DNA of 5,562 nt, from the IMG/VR virus record IMGVR_UViG_2585427777_000004, positions 1 through 5,562 of that record, one strand, 5' to 3'. The notes below the pieces were generated by a model that saw only the letters and a list, made by a program, of their open reading frames with translations, ran no database searches and had not been told where the DNA came from. The position numbers were made by a program, and so were the translations under genes. Every line of letters begins with the position of its first letter. Positions within the stretch are counted from its first letter, which is position 1. This document shows positions 4,506-5,562 of the stretch, piece by piece. This DNA comes from a virus. Lineage: Duplodnaviria > Heunggongvirae > Uroviricota > Caudoviricetes.

Positions 4506-5162
4506 TCAGAAAATATCCCATCTGGCATCAACCACAACACCTACTATTTCGCAATCATTGTCCATTTCTATGATTGGATATTGTGGATTAAGGGGCTTTA
4601 GAAACGCCTTTCCCATGTCAGAAATATATTTTTTGAATGTTGCTTCATTGGTGGATTTTTTTCTGGCGATGACGTAACACCCTGAAAAAACTTCTTTATC
4701 TGGGTTGACAAGGATCGACATTCCTTCAGGAAATGTTATTCCTACGGGCGAAGTCATTGAGTCTCCGTGCACTTCCAGCCAGAACCCCCTCTCACCAGCG
4801 TATTTTACAGAATGCCTCCAATTATCCTGATCATACATGTTGTAGTCATCACCAGAAGTTGCGAATAATCCTGCCTGAACCCAGTTAATTACAGGGTAAG
4901 AGTGTGCTGTGTCTCTCTGTGGGCAGCTCTTAACATTATTTTCCCAATGCTTATCTTTTTCATCTCCGTTCTGAAGCCACTGCGGTGAACACCGCAGTGC
5001 AGCTGCAACTTTAAAAAGGGTGTCACCGTTGAAACTTTTTGTAAGGCCTTGCTCGGCTTTACTTATTGCAACTCTGGTGACCCCAGCTTTTTTAGCCAAC
5101 GCATCTTGTGTTAACCCAGCTTTTTGCCGTGCGTTGATGAGACGTTCACCTAAAGACTTCAT
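4506..5162 (-). CDS. cI: Phage CI/C2-family repressor (218 aa): N-terminal HTH plus C-terminal LexA-like S24 autopeptidase domain
   Basis: ORF track 4506..5237 (-), trimmed to ATG 5162..5160 (MKSLGERLINARQKAGLTQDALAKKAGVTRVAISKAEQG...) which has a strong SD AGAGGAG about 7 nt upstream. By recall the sequence is collinear with P22 C2: HTH GLTQDALAKKAGVTRVAIS, probable Ala-Gly cleavage site in NWVQAGLF, catalytic Ser in HGDSMTSP, catalytic Lys in ATFKK, and a C-terminal block ATFKKYISDMGKAFLKPLNPQYPIIEMDNDCEIVGVVVDAR versus P22 ATFKKLVMDAGRKFLKPLNPQYPMIEINGNCKIIGVVVDAK. Confidence 0.9.
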   Translation of the reverse strand: MKSLGERLINARQKAGLTQDALAKKAGVTRVAISKAEQGLTKSFNGDTLFKVAAALRCSPQWLQNGDEKDKHWENNVKSCPQRDTAHSYPVINWVQAGLFATSGDDYNMYDQDNWRHSVKYAGERGFWLEVHGDSMTSPVGITFPEGMSILVNPDKEVFSGCYVIARKKSTNEATFKKYISDMGKAFLKPLNPQYPIIEMDNDCEIVGVVVDARWDIF

Positions 5163-5273
5163 TTTTCTTCTCCTCTCATGGCTGTTGATACTAAAGTAAC
5201 AGAATTTCTTGATACTTTGGGTTCCTGTGGTTAACATCGTTGGATAACAAAGTATCTGGTGTGAGACTAAAGA
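5163..5273. promoter_or_regulatory. Divergent immunity control region (OR / PRM / PR analogue) with three TTGATAC-type operator-like sites
   Basis: Intergenic region between the repressor start (5162) and the first plus-strand ORF (5274). Sites ttgatactaaagta (5185..5198), ttgatactttgggt (5209..5222) and an inverted partial site ggataacaaagtatc (5242..5256, GATA-N6-TATC). Possible rightward promoter: -35 TTGATA (5209..5214), 17-bp spacer, -10 TAACAT (5232..5237). Promoter calls are by eye. Confidence 0.5.
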
Positions 5274-5501
5274 ATGACCCTTTATGAAATATTAAAAATT
5301 CAATTTAAAACCAATGCCGCTATTGGTCGCAGGTTCCCAAAGAAAGGAAGGCCTCGTGGCAGTCAAGGTGTTGGAAAGTGGAAAACGCGAGGTGTTCCGG
5401 AGGATGTTGCCATTCTTTGTCATCTGGATCCGAGCATTCCATATACACACCCAAGTCTAGCGAATACAGAAGATGACAAGCCCACAGGAGACCAACAATG
5501 A
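5274..5501 (+). CDS. Hypothetical small basic protein (75 aa); weakly supported
   Basis: ORF track 5274..5501 (+). First ORF on the rightward side of the immunity region. Basic stretch AIGRRFPKKGRPRGSQGVGKWKTRG. Stop TGA overlaps the ATG of the next gene (ATGA at 5498..5501). No strong SD and no HTH pattern, so it may be an untranslated leader. Confidence 0.3.
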   Translation: MTLYEILKIQFKTNAAIGRRFPKKGRPRGSQGVGKWKTRGVPEDVAILCHLDPSIPYTHPSLANTEDDKPTGDQQ

Positions 5502-5562
5502 ACACCGCAATTTTTAACGGCAAAGCATCCATGACCAGCGTTGAGATCGCAGAGCTGGTGGG
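5498..5562 (+). CDS. Rha-like phage regulatory protein, N-terminal 21 aa only (gene continues beyond window end)
   Basis: ATG 5498 preceded by AGGAG (5486..5490) with 7-nt spacing. Translation MNTAIFNGKASMTSVEIAELVG; the S-x-EIAEL-x-GK pattern matches, from memory, the N-terminus of Rha-family (Phage_pRha) regulators. Only 65 nt are available. Confidence 0.4.
   Translation, partial: MNTAIFNGKASMTSVEIAELV

Noticed and set aside
4110-4677. Plus-strand ORFs 4110..4409 (99 aa) and 4489..4677 (62 aa)
   Set aside because: Antisense to the HTH gene and the repressor gene; Ser-rich low-complexity translations.
4506-5237. Extended 243-aa version of the repressor ORF starting at 5237
   Set aside because: The extra 25 codons (MLTTGTQSIKKFCYFSINSHERRRK) run through the operator/promoter region and have no SD. 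The ATG at 5162 has a strong AGAGGAG SD and begins the conserved HTH N-terminus.
5274-5501. Calling the 75-aa ORF Cro
   Set aside because: No helix-turn-helix pattern and no resemblance to lambda or P22 Cro as I recall them. Position alone is not enough, so it is left as hypothetical.
5320-5532. Minus-strand ORF 5320..5532 (70 aa)
   Set aside because: Antisense to the rightward genes; it would be transcribed against the rightward promoter and has no SD.
1-5562. CRISPR arrays, tRNA or rRNA genes, IS elements or transposases, integrase or att sites, reverse transcriptase or retron features
   Set aside because: No regularly spaced direct repeats, no cloverleaf-like or rRNA-like segments, no terminal inverted repeats bracketing a transposase-sized ORF, and no ORF with an RT-type YADD motif were seen.

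Overview
This window reads as the immunity region and leftward early operon of a lambdoid / P22-like enterobacterial prophage. The anchor is a CI/C2-family repressor (4506..5162, minus strand; HTH N-terminus plus LexA-like S24 autopeptidase C-terminus) that I recognise from memory of the P22 C2 sequence; no database search was possible. It is flanked on both sides by copies of a TTGATACTTTGG operator-like motif. On the right, the plus strand carries a weakly supported 75-aa basic ORF translationally coupled to the start of a Rha-like regulator; no Cro-like HTH ORF is visible. To the left, every gene is on the minus strand and tightly packed: an atypical 167-aa HTH protein, a 121-aa orphan, then an AT-rich cassette (possible 37-aa leader ORF, 62-aa acidic protein, 279-aa protein with a C-terminal winged helix, 105-aa membrane protein), then acidic small proteins, two Ea22-like genes sharing a duplicated 5' module, and a partial nuclease-like gene at the window edge. 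No rRNA, tRNA, CRISPR array, transposase or integrase was seen. The best candidate for an undescribed system is the cassette at about 1870..3339, with the 167-aa/121-aa pair next to the repressor as the second candidate. All functional assignments other than the repressor are inferences from sequence features.
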